Source of the DNA: an uncultured bacterium
Lineage (GTDB): Bacteria; Patescibacteriota; Minisyncoccia; Phycocordibacterales; GWA1-40-21
DNA length: 64,000 nt
Direction: 5' to 3'
Assembly: GCA_963716205.1 (NCBI GenBank)
Contig: OY970290.1
Coordinates: 584,823 to 648,822, forward strand
The position numbers and the translations under genes are program-made. This document shows, in pieces, positions 62,735-64,000 of this stretch (its first letter is position 1; every line of letters begins with the position of its first letter). The notes beneath the pieces were generated by a model, which worked only from the letters and a program-made list of their open reading frames with translations, did no database searches and was not told the origin of the DNA.

Positions 62735-63475
62735 ATGCTTACGAAAAACCAGGCAAAGCTCATCAAATCTCTAGCTGACAAAAAAAATCGTGTGGAAACG
62801 GGATTATTTTTGGTGGAAGGAGCAAAGAGTGTAATAGAGTTGCTCAATTCTGATTTTGAAATTGATCTGATACTCACCACTGATGAATTTTTTGCAAAAC
62901 ACGGTGAGCAAATCCGCGACTGGTCAAAAGAATTTGAAATTGTAAAACAAGATGAAATAGAAAAGGTTGGCACACTTGAGACGAATGACTCCGCGCTCGC
63001 CGTTGTGAAACAGAAATCAAACACTGCGCCTGAAACAAAAAGTACTGGAATAATTCTCGCTCTTGATGAAATAAAAGATCCTGGCAATCTCGGCACCATT
63101 ATCAGAATTGCCGACTGGTACGGAGTGAAAAATATTGTTGCATCAAAAAATACCGTCGACTTTTACAATCCGAAAGTCATCGCCGCTTCCAAAGGTTCAT
63201 TCACGCGAGTGAATATGTTTTACACAGATTTGAAAGAATTTTTGCCGCAAACAAAACTTTCGATTCTCGGCGCCTATATGGAAGGTGTTAATATTCATGA
63301 AACGAAATTCCCATCAAACGGAATTCTCTTGATGGGCAATGAATCAAACGGTGTAAATTCCGAATTGGAAAAATTCATCACAGAAAAAATCACTATTCCC
63401 TCTTTTGGTCACGCCGAATCGCTCAATGTTGCAATTGCAACGGCGGTGATTTTAGATAATTGGAAAAGGAAATAA
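62735..63475 (+). CDS. TrmH/SpoU-family RNA methyltransferase
   Basis: DPGNLGTIIR, MGNESNG, ESLNVA. Confidence 0.95.
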   Translation: MLTKNQAKLIKSLADKKNRVETGLFLVEGAKSVIELLNSDFEIDLILTTDEFFAKHGEQIRDWSKEFEIVKQDEIEKVGTLETNDSALAVVKQKSNTAPETKSTGIILALDEIKDPGNLGTIIRIADWYGVKNIVASKNTVDFYNPKVIAASKGSFTRVNMFYTDLKEFLPQTKLSILGAYMEGVNIHETKFPSNGILLMGNESNGVNSELEKFITEKITIPSFGHAESLNVAIATAVILDNWKRK

Positions 63476-63484
63476 AAAAACTCC

Positions 63485-63751
63485 TCAGATTTCACCCCGA
63501 GGAGTTTTCGTATTTCTGGCAAAACCTGCATTGATCAATTCTTGAGCGTCTTCTTGCTCAAAATCAAAGGGGGCGCCACAGAACCACATGGTCAAACCGC
63601 TTTGGTTCAAAATCTTCAGTTCCATAAATTCGAGAGGAAATCGACCAGTGAAGACAATCTTCACTGGATTGAGAACTTCAGTATTCTCTTTCATCCAATC
63701 CGGATCAACTCTGAATCCCAAAACAATTTTTCGTTTATCAACTTCCGGCAT
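63485..63751 (-). CDS. small orphan protein
   Basis: AAGGAGG SD; TTGCAT-17-TATTGT promoter. Confidence 0.6.
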   Translation of the reverse strand: MPEVDKRKIVLGFRVDPDWMKENTEVLNPVKIVFTGRFPLEFMELKILNQSGLTMWFCGAPFDFEQEDAQELINAGFARNTKTPRGEI

Positions 63752-63826
63752 CAGTGACCTCCTTGTAACATTTTATTTGCAAACTTCTGTTCTTACAATA
63801 ACAAAATATAAGTTAGAATGCAAAGA

Positions 63827-64000
63827 TTATTTCTCCGAAAACAATTCCTCTTTCGGAAATCTCACTTTTGGCCGTTTCAGATATTCATCATCTGCCGATC
63901 GATATCCGACAGCAAACGTTACAACAGGATAGAGATTGTCCGGCAATTTCAAAATTTTCTTGAACGCATCCGGATCAAACCCCTCCATCGGGCATGAATC
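63827..64000 (-). CDS. nitroreductase family protein (3' end only)
   Basis: Manual translation DSCPMEGFDPDAFKKIL...AVGYR...PKVRFPKEELFSEK*. Confidence 0.85.
   Translation of the reverse strand, partial: DSCPMEGFDPDAFKKILKLPDNLYPVVTFAVGYRSADDEYLKRPKVRFPKEELFSEK

Overview
Chromosomal window of a small-genome Patescibacteria (CPR, probably Parcubacteria-type) bacterium. The assignment is inferred from the type IV pilus block, tRNA-Ile(UAU), SD-less core genes, the divergent S12 motif and the CPR-type DGR. Core content: efflux/ABC genes, gatCA, ligA, a type IV pilus cluster, mltG, recG, ftsH, smpB-tmRNA, infC-rpmI-rplT, the str operon plus a split S10 operon, rplJL, three tRNAs and a compact 6S RNA. 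An eroded island follows the tmRNA 3' end (~32-43 kb). It holds a truncated serine recombinase, many fused gene fragments, an intact BsuBI/PstI-type R-M pair and a diversity-generating retroelement (116-nt TR/VR, 16 of 17 differences at TR adenines, antisense avd, truncated RT). The most striking unexplained pattern is that about nine scattered orphan genes, including the DGR target and two remote DGR-target-like genes, share a promoter - boxA-like element - strong Shine-Dalgarno leader, whereas the housekeeping genes inspected have AU-rich or near-leaderless 5' ends with no SD. All alignments were done by eye and no database searches were run.
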